From a virus: 64,000 bases of DNA. Made by a program: the position numbers and the translations under genes. Shown piece after piece: positions 28,567 to 38,996 of the stretch. How positions within the stretch are numbered: position 1 is the stretch's first letter; every line of letters begins with the position of its first letter. The stretch covers positions 21,130-85,129 of the IMG/VR virus record IMGVR_UViG_3300035034_000707; one strand, written 5' to 3'. The notes under the pieces are model-generated. The model did no database searches. It worked only from the letters and a program-made list of their open reading frames with translations, and was not told the DNA's origin.

Positions 28567-29733
28567 ATGAACCCTATCATCTACAAAGAGGCGGTCGAAG
28601 CACTCGCCATCCCGAAACTCACCGCGTTCCTGAAACTCGTTACAGATACCGTCGAAATCGAAGGCTGGTCGAAGCTGCGTGCCCCGGAAAAGCGGGCTAA
28701 CATGCTCGAAGCCCTTGAACAGTCCTCGGAACTCCGCAAGGAATTTGTCGTGTTCTACGGGGAAGAAAAAGGCACGGACACCGACTATTCCGAATGGGAA
28801 ACATCGGACCTCCCCGAAGTATCAGAGACGCCTCAGGAACCGGCCCCTGAGCCACCGACCGGCACAGATGTCAGCAAAGCCACCGCCTACACTCCGACAC
28901 AGGACACACCCACCGCGTTCGTTGAAGGCGCTTTTGAAGTGATCGTATCAGAGGTCGCTGGGCTGGACGCCGTACAGTCCAAGGCGAACCTTCACGAAGC
29001 CGAAGACCGGATGCAATTCGAACATATCCGCATCGGCGCGCTGCTGGCGCATATCCAGAAAGCAGACCTTTACATCCAACTCGGGTATGACAACCTCCGG
29101 GAATTCCTTCACGCGGAAACCACGATGGACTACCGCAAGGGCGTTCAGTTGATCAAGAATTTCAACACGGTCAAGGAACTTGGCATCCCGGCGAAAGACC
29201 TGACCGGCGTGACATGGGCGGCGCTCCGCCATATCGTCCCTATTCTCACGGCAACGAATTACAAGAAGTGGCTCGACGCCGCACGGTCCAGCACCCACAT
29301 CACGCTGATCGAACAGGTCTACAAAGAAAAGACCAAGCAGGCTGGGGCACTCCCCGCTCCGGGTGATACCGCCACGGGCGAAGCTATCCCGGAACAGGAG
29401 AAACTCACATCGAAGGTGTTCAACGTCTACGCAGAACAGAACGCCAATATCACAGCGGCTATCGACAAGGCCAAGAACGCGGCCAACGTCAACAGCATGG
29501 GCGCGGCCTTGGATATCATCGCATCGGCCTATATAGGGTCCCCGGCCTCGGATGCCACGATAGGCGCGATTATGCCCGATACCTCAGTGGAGGGCCTTAC
29601 CAACGTCTTCTCAAAGATGGCGAACGATGATCCGGCCAACGCAATTATGGTGGTCTTCTCCGCACTCGAAGCGGTATGGCCCACCGTAGAAGTCGCAGTC
29701 ACGTTCCCACCCAACTATAATGGGACCACCTAA
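28567..29733 (+). CDS. Hypothetical protein
   Basis: 388-aa ORF with promoter and RBS. Confidence 0.8.
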   Translation: MNPIIYKEAVEALAIPKLTAFLKLVTDTVEIEGWSKLRAPEKRANMLEALEQSSELRKEFVVFYGEEKGTDTDYSEWETSDLPEVSETPQEPAPEPPTGTDVSKATAYTPTQDTPTAFVEGAFEVIVSEVAGLDAVQSKANLHEAEDRMQFEHIRIGALLAHIQKADLYIQLGYDNLREFLHAETTMDYRKGVQLIKNFNTVKELGIPAKDLTGVTWAALRHIVPILTATNYKKWLDAARSSTHITLIEQVYKEKTKQAGALPAPGDTATGEAIPEQEKLTSKVFNVYAEQNANITAAIDKAKNAANVNSMGAALDIIASAYIGSPASDATIGAIMPDTSVEGLTNVFSKMANDDPANAIMVVFSALEAVWPTVEVAVTFPPNYNGTT

Positions 29734-29760
29734 CCGATACATCTAACTAAAGACTGTAAC

Positions 29761-29788
29761 AGGGCCGGGGGTAACACTCCGGCCTTTT
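29761..29788 (+). terminator. Intrinsic terminator
   Basis: GGCCGGGG/CTCCGGCC stem + TTTT. Confidence 0.65.
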
Positions 29789-29791
29789 CGG

Positions 29792-29820
29792 TTGACAAAC
29801 GGGGCAAGAGACCGGATGCT
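29792..29820 (+). promoter_or_regulatory. Phage promoter TTGACA-17-GATGCT
   Basis: GGTTGACAAAC; leader TCACCACAAC at 29828. Confidence 0.65.
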
Positions 29821-29853
29821 GGGCCGATCACCACAACGCAAAAGGCTAACCCC

Positions 29854-30474
29854 ATGAACCTCTTCGTGCTAGATACAAACCCGCTTACCGCCGCCACAGC
29901 GCTCAATGATAAACACGTCCTAAAAATGATCCTAGAGACAGCGCAACTCTTGGACGGCGGGACCCGCCCGATTATGCAAGCGATACAGCCCAACCAGACG
30001 CATGAGATAGTTGGTATCCCAGCCAGCCAGAAGAACAATCCCTGCATCCTATCCGCTTCCTCTGAGATAGTCTGGGACTATGCCCATCGTCATTTTATCG
30101 GGCTACTCGGGGAATACCGCTACCGCTATGGCAAGAGGCACTCCTACGATACTGAGGATATGCGCCGCAAACTCACAGAGCGGGGCAACAGCGCACGAAA
30201 CGGCATGAGCGGGGCGGGGTTCTACCTAGCGATGCCAGATGCCCATAAGGGGCGCGATAAACGGGGTCTCGCCTCACTGGCACAAGCAGTCGTCAGCTAC
30301 CGCAGCTACTACTCCCGTGAAAAGACTTCCTTTGGAACGGTCCCCAAACCTGCTACATGGAAACGCCGCGCTCCACCGGTATGGCTCACCCGGACGATGA
30401 ATGACTTGGACTATCAACGTAACCTGTCCAGCGATGGGCACTATCATTTTTATCAAAAGAAGGTAACGGCATGA
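29854..30474 (+). CDS. Pyrimidine-dimer DNA glycosylase-like protein (DenV-related)
   Basis: MNLFVLD..P..A...DKHVLKMILETAQLL, EYRYRYGKRH, YRSYY. Confidence 0.75.
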   Translation: MNLFVLDTNPLTAATALNDKHVLKMILETAQLLDGGTRPIMQAIQPNQTHEIVGIPASQKNNPCILSASSEIVWDYAHRHFIGLLGEYRYRYGKRHSYDTEDMRRKLTERGNSARNGMSGAGFYLAMPDAHKGRDKRGLASLAQAVVSYRSYYSREKTSFGTVPKPATWKRRAPPVWLTRTMNDLDYQRNLSSDGHYHFYQKKVTA

Positions 30475-30794
30475 CCGAAGCAGAAACCGATAAGTTCCTG
30501 AATAATGCCACAGACGGCCAAACGATCAGGGTCACCGTGGCGTCAGGCCGCGTCTTTGATGGCGTCTACGATGGTGCACACACAACGCCAGACGACGCCC
30601 TCTATTTTGAAACTATGGAGGGCACGGCCTGCCGGGCAGAGTGGCCAAACATTGTTGAAATAAGCTATCGCTCCGCCCGGACGATGGGGCGCAGTATGAT
30701 GGTTCCTCCTGAACACCCGCTGTCCGGGGTATCACGGCAGCAGACTGGCCCGAATGGAGGGCCTATGCGCCCGTATACGACGCGGAACCGGTGA
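30471..30794 (+). CDS. Hypothetical protein
   Basis: ATGA-coupled ORF. Confidence 0.6.
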   Translation: MTEAETDKFLNNATDGQTIRVTVASGRVFDGVYDGAHTTPDDALYFETMEGTACRAEWPNIVEISYRSARTMGRSMMVPPEHPLSGVSRQQTGPNGGPMRPYTTRNR

Positions 30795-31390
30795 TGGTTA
30801 CAAAGATCAAACAACTGGCCAAAGGTCTACTGAAAGACGAAGGGGCGTTCATGGGGGGCGATCACGAGTTTGACCAGATACCTATCCCCGTGAAGGTCAT
30901 TAAGCCCCTTATAGGCCCCCTACCACCACTGGACCCGGACGATCTATCAGGGTTCGATGTGGCCTCACCCGATAGCCCTGAGGTTCAGGACTACATCACT
31001 GAGGAAGACCTAAAGGAAGCCGTGTTTAAGCTAGCGGCTACTCCAAACCCTAAGGGGCTGGTCCCAGTCACGCCATTGGATACGCCGAAAGGCTATACGA
31101 ATATGACGTTCGATCATGGTGAGGGTTCTTCAAAGGTAAAAAATAATGTTGGCATAACGGTTTTATTTTACAAGGATACGGTGACGCATAGCTACGTAGC
31201 AAAGCTAAAAATAACAGACATTACTATGAACGTGGCAATCCCCTCTCACGCAATAGCTGAGAAAGGGGAAAGCTACTTTGATGAACACCTATACCCTGTC
31301 CTTGCCAGTATGCTAACTCAGGCGCTAATGGACGGAATAGGGGGCCAACTTAAGACGGCAGTTTCCAACGCGGTCAAGGTCGTGGATTGA
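30791..31390 (+). CDS. Hypothetical protein
   Basis: Coupled 199-aa ORF. Confidence 0.65.
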   Translation: MMVTKIKQLAKGLLKDEGAFMGGDHEFDQIPIPVKVIKPLIGPLPPLDPDDLSGFDVASPDSPEVQDYITEEDLKEAVFKLAATPNPKGLVPVTPLDTPKGYTNMTFDHGEGSSKVKNNVGITVLFYKDTVTHSYVAKLKITDITMNVAIPSHAIAEKGESYFDEHLYPVLASMLTQALMDGIGGQLKTAVSNAVKVVD

Positions 31391-31415
31391 CGAACGCAAT
31401 GATAGGGGCCATAGT
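31387..31415 (+). promoter_or_regulatory. Phage promoter TTGACG-17-CATAGT
   Basis: TTGACGAAC overlapping stop codon. Confidence 0.6.
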
Positions 31416-31445
31416 TACGGCTTCCTGCGTAGCCCAGAGGACCTC

Positions 31446-32009
31446 ATGGACAAAATAGAACAACGCGCGCTATCCGATCTTAAAGCAGCGCCCCAGAACT
31501 CGCGTAAGCATGGGGCCTATCAGATCAAACAGATCATGGCCTCCATCCAAAAATTCGGCTGGACAATCCCGGTTCTTATTGACGAAGAAAACATGATAAT
31601 CGCGGGCCACGCCCGGGTTACCGCCGCGAAGAGACTTGGCATAAAGGAAGGCCCTTGTATCGTGGCAACGGGCTGGACGGCGGAAGCCAAGGAAGCCTAT
31701 CAGATCACTGACAATCGGCTGGCCGAACAGTCAGAATGGGATGAGGAAATCCTGAACAACCAGATCAAACGGCTCAACGCCGCAAACTTTGATCTGGGCT
31801 TCCTCGACATGACGGCGTTCAACACGGAATTGTTTAACCCATCTGTGAACCCAAACTTCGATACCAGCAACGTAACAGAGGCTCAGGCTCAGGCCGCATC
31901 TGATAAGCTGACTGGTCAGTTTGACCCGGCCAACGCCACCGCACCAGCAAAGGCGGACTATACCGTGGCTTGCCCGCACTGTGGCGAAGACTTCGAAATC
32001 ACAATCTAA
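31446..32009 (+). CDS. ParB/Srx N-terminal domain protein with C-terminal CPHC
   Basis: NSRKH, SIQKFGWTIPVLID, IIAGHARV, DNRLAE. Confidence 0.85.
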   Translation: MDKIEQRALSDLKAAPQNSRKHGAYQIKQIMASIQKFGWTIPVLIDEENMIIAGHARVTAAKRLGIKEGPCIVATGWTAEAKEAYQITDNRLAEQSEWDEEILNNQIKRLNAANFDLGFLDMTAFNTELFNPSVNPNFDTSNVTEAQAQAASDKLTGQFDPANATAPAKADYTVACPHCGEDFEITI

Positions 32010-32023
32010 CACAGGAGGCCCCC

Positions 32024-32677
32024 ATGGCCGTGAAGACAAAAGGGGCTGCGGCCTCAAACGAACTGGCTATCGTTTACAAGGCCGTGGCTGACCTCGAACC
32101 CTACGCGAACAACCCGCGCAAGAACGATGATCAGGTCCCGCGCATGGTAGACCTGATCAAGAAGTTTGGGTTTAAGGTCCCTCTGCTGGTCCGGGGCAAC
32201 CAGATCGTGGACGGGCACCTGCGTATCAAGGCCGCAACCAAGATGGGTATGGCAACGGTCCCGACTATCGACGTTGGTGCAATGCCGGAAGCCGAAGAAC
32301 GGGCGCTCCGCATCGCCCTGAACAAATCGGTCGAATGGGCTGAGTGGGACAACGACCTGCTTGGCACCGAAATGAAAGCGATTATGGCGGGCGGGCTAGA
32401 CCTGAACCTGACAGGGTTTGACAGTTCCGAATTTGACAAGCTGATCAAGGAAGTCGCTGAACCAAAGCCGACCGCGCCCTCCGTGAACAAGACGAAGTTG
32501 GCCGATGCCGGGACCCCAGCAGACCCAGATTATGTCAGTCTGTCCTTCCATATGACGGCGGCGAACCGGGATACCCTGATGGCGGCGCTTGAGAAATACC
32601 GCACCCAGCATGAACTGGTAAACCAGTCGCAGGCGCTCCTATCAATGGCGAAGGCATGGGTAGGGGCGTCCAAATGA
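32024..32677 (+). CDS. Second ParB/Srx N-terminal domain protein
   Basis: PYANNPRKN, KFGFKVP, IVDGHLR. Confidence 0.85.
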   Translation: MAVKTKGAAASNELAIVYKAVADLEPYANNPRKNDDQVPRMVDLIKKFGFKVPLLVRGNQIVDGHLRIKAATKMGMATVPTIDVGAMPEAEERALRIALNKSVEWAEWDNDLLGTEMKAIMAGGLDLNLTGFDSSEFDKLIKEVAEPKPTAPSVNKTKLADAGTPADPDYVSLSFHMTAANRDTLMAALEKYRTQHELVNQSQALLSMAKAWVGASK

Positions 32678-33321
32678 CTATTCAACAGTTTGGGCCTCAT
32701 CGCGTTCGCCACGGTAACGTCATGGACCGGGCCGGTATTGATGCCCTCATGGATGGGGACGCTGCCGACATCTTTTATTCAGACCCGCCGTGGGGTCAGG
32801 GCAATCTGAAATACTGGTCAACGATAAACAAGAAAATGACCGGACAGGTCATGGAACAGCCCCCGCTGGACGACTTCCTCAACGCTATCTTTGACCTCGC
32901 GGCTCACTACACTCAGGATTATCTGTGTATCGAATACGGATGCCGGTGGCTGGACGCTATTCAGAAACACGCGACTGACCGGGGTTTTACGCCCCTCGTG
33001 GTCGTGGATATCCAGTATCGCAGCGGGGCCAAGATGCTCCCACTTCATCTGCATGTCTTCTCTAAAGGCGGGATGCCCCTCCCCCCGGGCTACGTCGCCT
33101 CGGTGGCCGGAACGCATGGCTATGACTGTATAGCCAAGGCGGTTAAGCCCCTTGCGGAAATGGTCAAGAAAAAGAGCAGCGACCCGATCATCATGGACCC
33201 ATGTTGTGGCATGGGGTACACGGCAAGATGCGCTCTCGAATTCGGGTTAGACTTCCGGGGCAACGAACTCAACGAAAAGCGTCTGGCCAAGACCATTGCC
33301 CGGTTTGGCAAGATCAAGTAG
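32674..33321 (+). CDS. Amino-methyltransferase-like protein (N6A/N4C-type motifs)
   Basis: YSDPPW and DPCCGMG. Confidence 0.7.
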   Translation: MTIQQFGPHRVRHGNVMDRAGIDALMDGDAADIFYSDPPWGQGNLKYWSTINKKMTGQVMEQPPLDDFLNAIFDLAAHYTQDYLCIEYGCRWLDAIQKHATDRGFTPLVVVDIQYRSGAKMLPLHLHVFSKGGMPLPPGYVASVAGTHGYDCIAKAVKPLAEMVKKKSSDPIIMDPCCGMGYTARCALEFGLDFRGNELNEKRLAKTIARFGKIK

Positions 33322-33330
33322 GGGGTCCCC

Positions 33331-33918
33331 TTGGACAAAATCCCATATCACAGTGCCCTTAAACAGGGAAAAGGCGAAGAGGCCGAACCCCTTCAAGGGG
33401 TCCATACCGACGCGCAGGGGAACACTTGTTTCGTTTGGGACGTAACCACCCCCGACATCCCAGAAGCCTACCTGACGTGTGACCTGATCTACGCAGAGCC
33501 GTCTTGGCCCGGGGGGCTAGAGCGGTTCGATGCTCGGGCCGGGGTCAAGACTGACTCTTATGCTGCATATGCCGGGGCTATCGCATCCTTTATTGAAAGG
33601 CTGAATAAGCCGACTGTCATGTTTGTGGGGGCCAATGCGCTTAGGCACACTCCCCCGCCTGACTTTACGGTCAGCGCGATCCTGAATGGCAACAAGGTTC
33701 AGGCGGCTTTCTGGAACGGGGCCTTTGCTACGGGGAACAGCAATCAGGAAATCATCCGAAACCTAGCAAAACGCTATGATAGGGTAGGCGACTTCTGCTG
33801 CGGGTATGGGACAACTGGGCGGCTGTTTATGGAAGCTGGAAAGACCTGCGTTCTGACGGATTACAACGCGAACTGTTGTGGCTATATCGCGCAGGAAATG
33901 AAGGGCTGGGGCGCATGA
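33331..33918 (+). CDS. Second, divergent methyltransferase-like protein
   Basis: YAEPSW and DFCCGYG. Confidence 0.6.
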   Translation: MDKIPYHSALKQGKGEEAEPLQGVHTDAQGNTCFVWDVTTPDIPEAYLTCDLIYAEPSWPGGLERFDARAGVKTDSYAAYAGAIASFIERLNKPTVMFVGANALRHTPPPDFTVSAILNGNKVQAAFWNGAFATGNSNQEIIRNLAKRYDRVGDFCCGYGTTGRLFMEAGKTCVLTDYNANCCGYIAQEMKGWGA

Positions 33919-35105
33919 AAATCAACATGAAAGAGAACGTATATGAGGCGGCGTTACAGCGCATCGAATACCTCTTCGAACAATTCGATACGGTCTATGT
34001 TTCATTCTCTGGGGGGAAGGACAGCACGGTAGTTTTGAACCTCGCCTTGGAAGTGGCCGAACGCCTTGGGCGACTACCCCTCCGGGTATTCTTTCTGGAT
34101 CAGGAGGCCGAATGGCAGGCCGTGATTAACTATGTCGAAACGGTTATGTATGATCCTCGCATCGACCCCTACTGGCTACAAGTCCCTTTCAAACTGACCA
34201 ACTCTACCTCCGAAACGGAAAATTACCTGAATTGCTGGGACCCCGAAAAAGAGGCGGTCTGGATGCGTGAGAAAGACCCGGTGTCAATCAAAGAAAATAC
34301 TTTTGACGAAACCCGGTTTCACATGATGTTTCACGCGATCATGGCGAAGTGGCACCCTGACGAAAAGGCCTGCATGATTGGCGGCGTCCGGGCGGAAGAA
34401 AGCCCGGCCCGATATCAAGCCCTGACCACGAACCCGAAGTATCAGCACGTCACATGGGGGAAGCGCCTGAACAAGGACAAGCACCCGCACTGGACGTTCT
34501 ATCCGATTTATGACTGGTCCTACAAAGACGTTTGGAAATACATCCACGACAAGGCCCTGCCCTACTGCCTGATCTATGATTATTTCTATCAGCATGGCGT
34601 CAATGTCCGGGACATGCGGGTGTCTAGCCTGCACCACCAAACTGCCGTCCGGTCCCTCTACTACCTCCAAGAGATTGAGCAAGAAACGTGGGACAAGATG
34701 GTGCGCCGCATCGGGGGTATCCACGTTACTCGGAACATGGAAATGGGTGAAATGTTCAAGACGATAAAGACACTTCCTTGGATGTTTCGAAGCTGGTCTG
34801 AATACCGGGATCACCTTCTGGACAAGCTGATTACGAACGAAGAGACAAAGGCAAACTTCAAGGCCCGCTTCGACAGGGACGATGCCTTCTATGACCTCAT
34901 GCTCAACCCCGACCGATATGTGAAGGTGCATATCACAACGGTCCTCGCCAACGATACTGACTTTACCAAACTGAATGACTTCTACGTTCAGCCTCGCGTC
35001 CGGGAATACACGAAGTGGCGCAAGGGTGGCGAAGTGAAACGGGAATTTGCTCAGTGGATCAGAGAAGAATACCATGCCGACATCAAGTTCGTGAAAGGAC
35101 GCTGA
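33915..35105 (+). CDS. PAPS-reductase-family PP-loop protein (IbrA/DUF3440-like)
   Basis: SFSGGKDS, GVRAEES..R, YPIYDW, MRVS. Confidence 0.85.
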   Translation: MKINMKENVYEAALQRIEYLFEQFDTVYVSFSGGKDSTVVLNLALEVAERLGRLPLRVFFLDQEAEWQAVINYVETVMYDPRIDPYWLQVPFKLTNSTSETENYLNCWDPEKEAVWMREKDPVSIKENTFDETRFHMMFHAIMAKWHPDEKACMIGGVRAEESPARYQALTTNPKYQHVTWGKRLNKDKHPHWTFYPIYDWSYKDVWKYIHDKALPYCLIYDYFYQHGVNVRDMRVSSLHHQTAVRSLYYLQEIEQETWDKMVRRIGGIHVTRNMEMGEMFKTIKTLPWMFRSWSEYRDHLLDKLITNEETKANFKARFDRDDAFYDLMLNPDRYVKVHITTVLANDTDFTKLNDFYVQPRVREYTKWRKGGEVKREFAQWIREEYHADIKFVKGR

Positions 35106-35106
35106 T

Positions 35107-35778
35107 ATGAACTCCGCCTTGGACCAAAGCCTAGACGAACTCCTGACCGGGTTAGACGCGGTAAGCGACGATGAGCGGTTGGACGCCATCGAAGCCATCC
35201 GGGAAAAGCTGCATCTGGTCAGCCCGCTAAAAAGCCAACCAGTTGATCGTATCAGGTGGGTCCCTATCGAAATGGTGTCCCCGAATGACTACAACCCCAA
35301 CGCCGTAGCCGAAGTCGAAATGAAGCTGCTGTATCACTCCATTAAGAATGATGGCTATACTCAGCCTATTGTTACGATATGGGATGAAGAGGCCGGGGTC
35401 TTTGTAATTGTGGACGGCTTCCACCGCTATTATGTCTGCAAGATGAATGAAGATATTCGAACCCGGAACAACGGGCGGCTACCCATTGTTGTAATTGACA
35501 AAGGGATCAATGACCGGATGGCCTCTACCGTCCGACACAACCGCGCCCGGGGGAAGCACTCAATAGCTGGTATGTCCAACATGGTGTTTTCGATGCTGGA
35601 TGAAGGATGGGGCGATGCGGATATCTGCAACGAACTTGGCATGGAAGCCGGGGAACTAGCCCGCCTAAAACATATCAGCGGCTTTTCAAAGCTGTTCGAA
35701 AAGGCTGAATACAGCAAGGCTTGGAAGTCCCGCACTATGATCCGGGCGGAAAAGAAATTACGGGACGCCAAAGGTTGA
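35107..35778 (+). CDS. IbrB-like ParB domain protein
   Basis: NDYNPNAVA, DGYTQPIV, VDGFHR, STVRHNRARGKH. Confidence 0.85.
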   Translation: MNSALDQSLDELLTGLDAVSDDERLDAIEAIREKLHLVSPLKSQPVDRIRWVPIEMVSPNDYNPNAVAEVEMKLLYHSIKNDGYTQPIVTIWDEEAGVFVIVDGFHRYYVCKMNEDIRTRNNGRLPIVVIDKGINDRMASTVRHNRARGKHSIAGMSNMVFSMLDEGWGDADICNELGMEAGELARLKHISGFSKLFEKAEYSKAWKSRTMIRAEKKLRDAKG

Positions 35779-35842
35779 CGCTTGCAACTAGGGGGTGGGC
35801 CGTTCTATGATGCGGTGCACCTAAGATCACGGAGACGCTAGG

Positions 35843-36280
35843 ATGGCTGTCAAAATTGTTGGGTCGGATAAGGCTACGGCCTCTTCCACTGGGTCCATGT
35901 TAAAGAAATACCCACAGATCAAGCTGGAGCAGCTAGAAGTCTTTGGACGGCTACGCATGACTCACCTCCAGATAGCAGAGTACTACGGCGTGCCCACAAG
36001 GTCCGTGACCCGCCTCATGGGCTATTCGGAAGCTAAGCAAGCCTATAGCCGGGGCCGTGCTGAAACCGTTGTAGCGGTCAGGCAGAAACAGCTTCAACTC
36101 GCACTCGGGGGGAACATCACTCTCCTGCTCCACGCGGGGTTTCACTTTGCGGATCAAGAGAAGGATGCGACACTTATCCCTCAGACGGATTTGGAACCGT
36201 CACGTTTCTCGTGGGATGCTGAAATGAAGAAGCGCCTAGCAGCCGCCCGTGAAGAGATAGGGCAGGCGGATACGGGGTGA
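35843..36280 (+). CDS. terS: Terminase small subunit (putative)
   Basis: HTH-like QIAEYYGV; overlaps TerL start. Confidence 0.65.
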   Translation: MAVKIVGSDKATASSTGSMLKKYPQIKLEQLEVFGRLRMTHLQIAEYYGVPTRSVTRLMGYSEAKQAYSRGRAETVVAVRQKQLQLALGGNITLLLHAGFHFADQEKDATLIPQTDLEPSRFSWDAEMKKRLAAAREEIGQADTG

Positions 36281-38133
36281 ACGCCCTTCTGTCTCATTTG
36301 AAATCTATCGAACAAGGCCTGATCCAAGGGTACAACCTTGATCTGGTAGTAGAAGAGGGGCAGGGGATCGAAGACCTGTCCAAGCGGCTTCTGTTCTATG
36401 ATAAGATGTTGGCGACGGCAGAGGCCCTGTATAAAGCCCAGCAGTACGAATTTGAAGTCCCGGTAGACCCAGCGACTTTCCTTGACGACCCTTACTTTAT
36501 GGGGGCCAAGGAGACGCTATGGCCTGCCCTCCGGGAAGAAATCCTCGAAGCCTGTTCTGGGCGATACATCGAAGCTGTATTTACCGGGGCTATCGGGACC
36601 GGGAAGACCACCGCCGCCCTCTACATACTGGCCTACTTCCTCTACCGCCTTATGAACCTACGGAACCCGCACAAGGTTTATGGGCTGGACCCTGCCTCGG
36701 AAATCGCTTTCGTCATGCAGTCGGTAACCGGCGGCACGGCCTTCACGGTTGACTACATGCGCTTCCGCCGGATGCTGGAAGGGTCTCCTTGGTTCAGGGA
36801 AAATGCACCCCATGAGAAAGACCGCAAGGCCACGATCCAGTTCGTTGGCCGTCCTATCTTTATTCAACCCCTACCCGGCACCGAGACAGCCGCCATTGGT
36901 GAGAACGTGTTCGGGGGCCTGATTGACGAAGTAAATCACATGAAGGTGACTCAGCAGTCCTCAAAGAAAAAGGACGGGGAAACTCACGACCAGATGCTTG
37001 AAAACTACCGGGCTATCGCGCGCCGCCGGGAAAGCCGGTTTCAGCGGACAGGCGAAGTGCCGGGTATGCTATGCCTTGTCGGCTCGGCCAACTATGCGGG
37101 CCAGTTTACTGACCGGAAGAAAAAAGAACGAGACATGCAGCTTGAGCGCGACAACGAGACCAGTATCTATATCTTTGACAAGCGCCCTTGGGACATGCAG
37201 CCACCTGATCGGTTTTCCCCTAAGCGGTTCAAAGTCTTCCTAGGGGACGGAACGCGAAAGCCGCGCGTATTGGCCCCAAGCGATATAGTAGGGGACGGGG
37301 ACAAACCTTTTATCATGGACGTGCCGGAAGACTACCGGAACACCTTTGAAAGCGACCTATCCGGCGCGGTAAAAGACGTGGCCGGTATTGCGCTACATGG
37401 CTTCTCAAGTTTCATCAGCAACTATGCTGCAATCAAAGCTGCCTTCGGACCCCGCAAGAATATCTTTCAACCAGACTGGTGCGACTTCAATAAGCAACCG
37501 GCCTCCATCCGACCCCACAACATCATCAACCCGAACGCCAAGCGGTATGTCCATGTGGACCTCGCACTATCAATGGATTACGCCGCTTTGACGATGGGCC
37601 ATTGTCCGGGCTTCGGAACCGTGGACCGGGGCGGCGGCATGGCGGATACCCTCCCTTACATCAATGTGGATGGATGCCTGACGATACGGCCTTCTAGTGG
37701 GTCCCAGATACCCATATGGAAAATCAAGAAACTGGTATTGGCGTTGATCCAAATGGGCTACCCGATCAGGTGGGTATCTTTGGACGGGTTCCAATCGGCA
37801 GACTTCATACAAACGATGCGACGAAACAATCTTATATCAGGCATTGTTTCGATGGATCGAACCCCGGACCCCTACATGGTGACCCGAACCTTGATCCTTG
37901 ACGGGATGGTCAGCGGACCGGCCAGCGACCTTGCCTGCGCCGAACTCCGGGACCTTGTATGGGTATCCCAGAACACGAAGGTAGATCACCTGCCGGATGG
38001 GTCGAAAGACGTGGCTGACACAATAGCGGGGGTTTGCTATGGGCTGGCCTCTAAACGTCAAATATGGGTGGACTATGGGATAGACCCATCAAAGTCCTCC
38101 ATGACCATAAAGAAAAAGGAACAAGAGGCATGA
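36277..38133 (+). CDS. terL: Terminase large subunit
   Basis: GAIGTGKTT, LIDE, nuclease HVDLA, SLDGFQS, DH...SKDVAD. Confidence 0.88.
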   Translation: MNALLSHLKSIEQGLIQGYNLDLVVEEGQGIEDLSKRLLFYDKMLATAEALYKAQQYEFEVPVDPATFLDDPYFMGAKETLWPALREEILEACSGRYIEAVFTGAIGTGKTTAALYILAYFLYRLMNLRNPHKVYGLDPASEIAFVMQSVTGGTAFTVDYMRFRRMLEGSPWFRENAPHEKDRKATIQFVGRPIFIQPLPGTETAAIGENVFGGLIDEVNHMKVTQQSSKKKDGETHDQMLENYRAIARRRESRFQRTGEVPGMLCLVGSANYAGQFTDRKKKERDMQLERDNETSIYIFDKRPWDMQPPDRFSPKRFKVFLGDGTRKPRVLAPSDIVGDGDKPFIMDVPEDYRNTFESDLSGAVKDVAGIALHGFSSFISNYAAIKAAFGPRKNIFQPDWCDFNKQPASIRPHNIINPNAKRYVHVDLALSMDYAALTMGHCPGFGTVDRGGGMADTLPYINVDGCLTIRPSSGSQIPIWKIKKLVLALIQMGYPIRWVSLDGFQSADFIQTMRRNNLISGIVSMDRTPDPYMVTRTLILDGMVSGPASDLACAELRDLVWVSQNTKVDHLPDGSKDVADTIAGVCYGLASKRQIWVDYGIDPSKSSMTIKKKEQEA

Positions 38134-38996
38134 CCCGGCTCAGAAAAACCGCAGTCGTCACGACCTTCTCACGCGCAGGCTGGGACCTCTACGCCGAACG
38201 AATGGTTTCAGCTTGGGTAAAGCACTGGCCGCAGGGTGTAGACCTCTACCTCTACCCTGACGAAAAGGTCCCCCTGTCCACCGATCCGAGGGTTCGGGGG
38301 GTCTACGACCGGATGGAAGAGAAGGACACCTTCCTGAGCCTCTACGCGAGCACTGACGCCTATACAGGGGCTATGGCCTCGGGCTATGACTACCGGTTCG
38401 ATGCCGTAAAGTTTTGCCACAAGCCCTTCTGTATTCAAAACCTCATGCGGAAATCTGAGGATGGTCTGACCCCTTACGAAGCCTTGATATGGTTGGATGC
38501 CGATACCCTCACTCACAACCCTGTCAGCCCAGATGCCTTATCTGAAATGACACCGGCAGAGTATGACGTGATGTTTCTGGGCAGATGCTATAAATACACG
38601 GAATGTGGCTTCCTATATTTCAACCTCACGCGGAAGCCCGCGCGCGATCTTATCGACAACTGGACTAGCTACTACACCGAAGGGACCTTCCGAAAAGAAC
38701 GAGAATACCATGACAGCTACTTGTTTGATCGGGCCAAGGAAAAGATGGGGGACGAACTGCAAGGCAAGGACCTGACCGGGCATTTACCCAAGCGAAGCGG
38801 TGCGGGCCATCCCATGATAAACAGCTTCCTTGGGGAATACCTTGACCACCTCAAAGGGGATGCACGTAAGATCACAGGGAAGCCCCGCAAAAACGACCTG
38901 TTTATTGATCACAAAAGCGACTACTGGAAGGCGAATTCACATGCAAAAGACAAACGCAGGCTCATCAATTCTAACTGGAAATCAACCCCGTCCTAA
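38130..38996 (+). CDS. GT-A glycosyltransferase-like protein
   Basis: VVTTF, DAVKFCHK, WLDAD, ECGF, HDSYLFD, HLKG. Confidence 0.7.
   Translation: MTRLRKTAVVTTFSRAGWDLYAERMVSAWVKHWPQGVDLYLYPDEKVPLSTDPRVRGVYDRMEEKDTFLSLYASTDAYTGAMASGYDYRFDAVKFCHKPFCIQNLMRKSEDGLTPYEALIWLDADTLTHNPVSPDALSEMTPAEYDVMFLGRCYKYTECGFLYFNLTRKPARDLIDNWTSYYTEGTFRKEREYHDSYLFDRAKEKMGDELQGKDLTGHLPKRSGAGHPMINSFLGEYLDHLKGDARKITGKPRKNDLFIDHKSDYWKANSHAKDKRRLINSNWKSTPS

Noticed and set aside
34284-35198. 304-aa minus-strand ORF and other long antisense ORFs
   Set aside because: Shadows of well-supported + strand genes in GC-rich DNA, with no recognisable motifs
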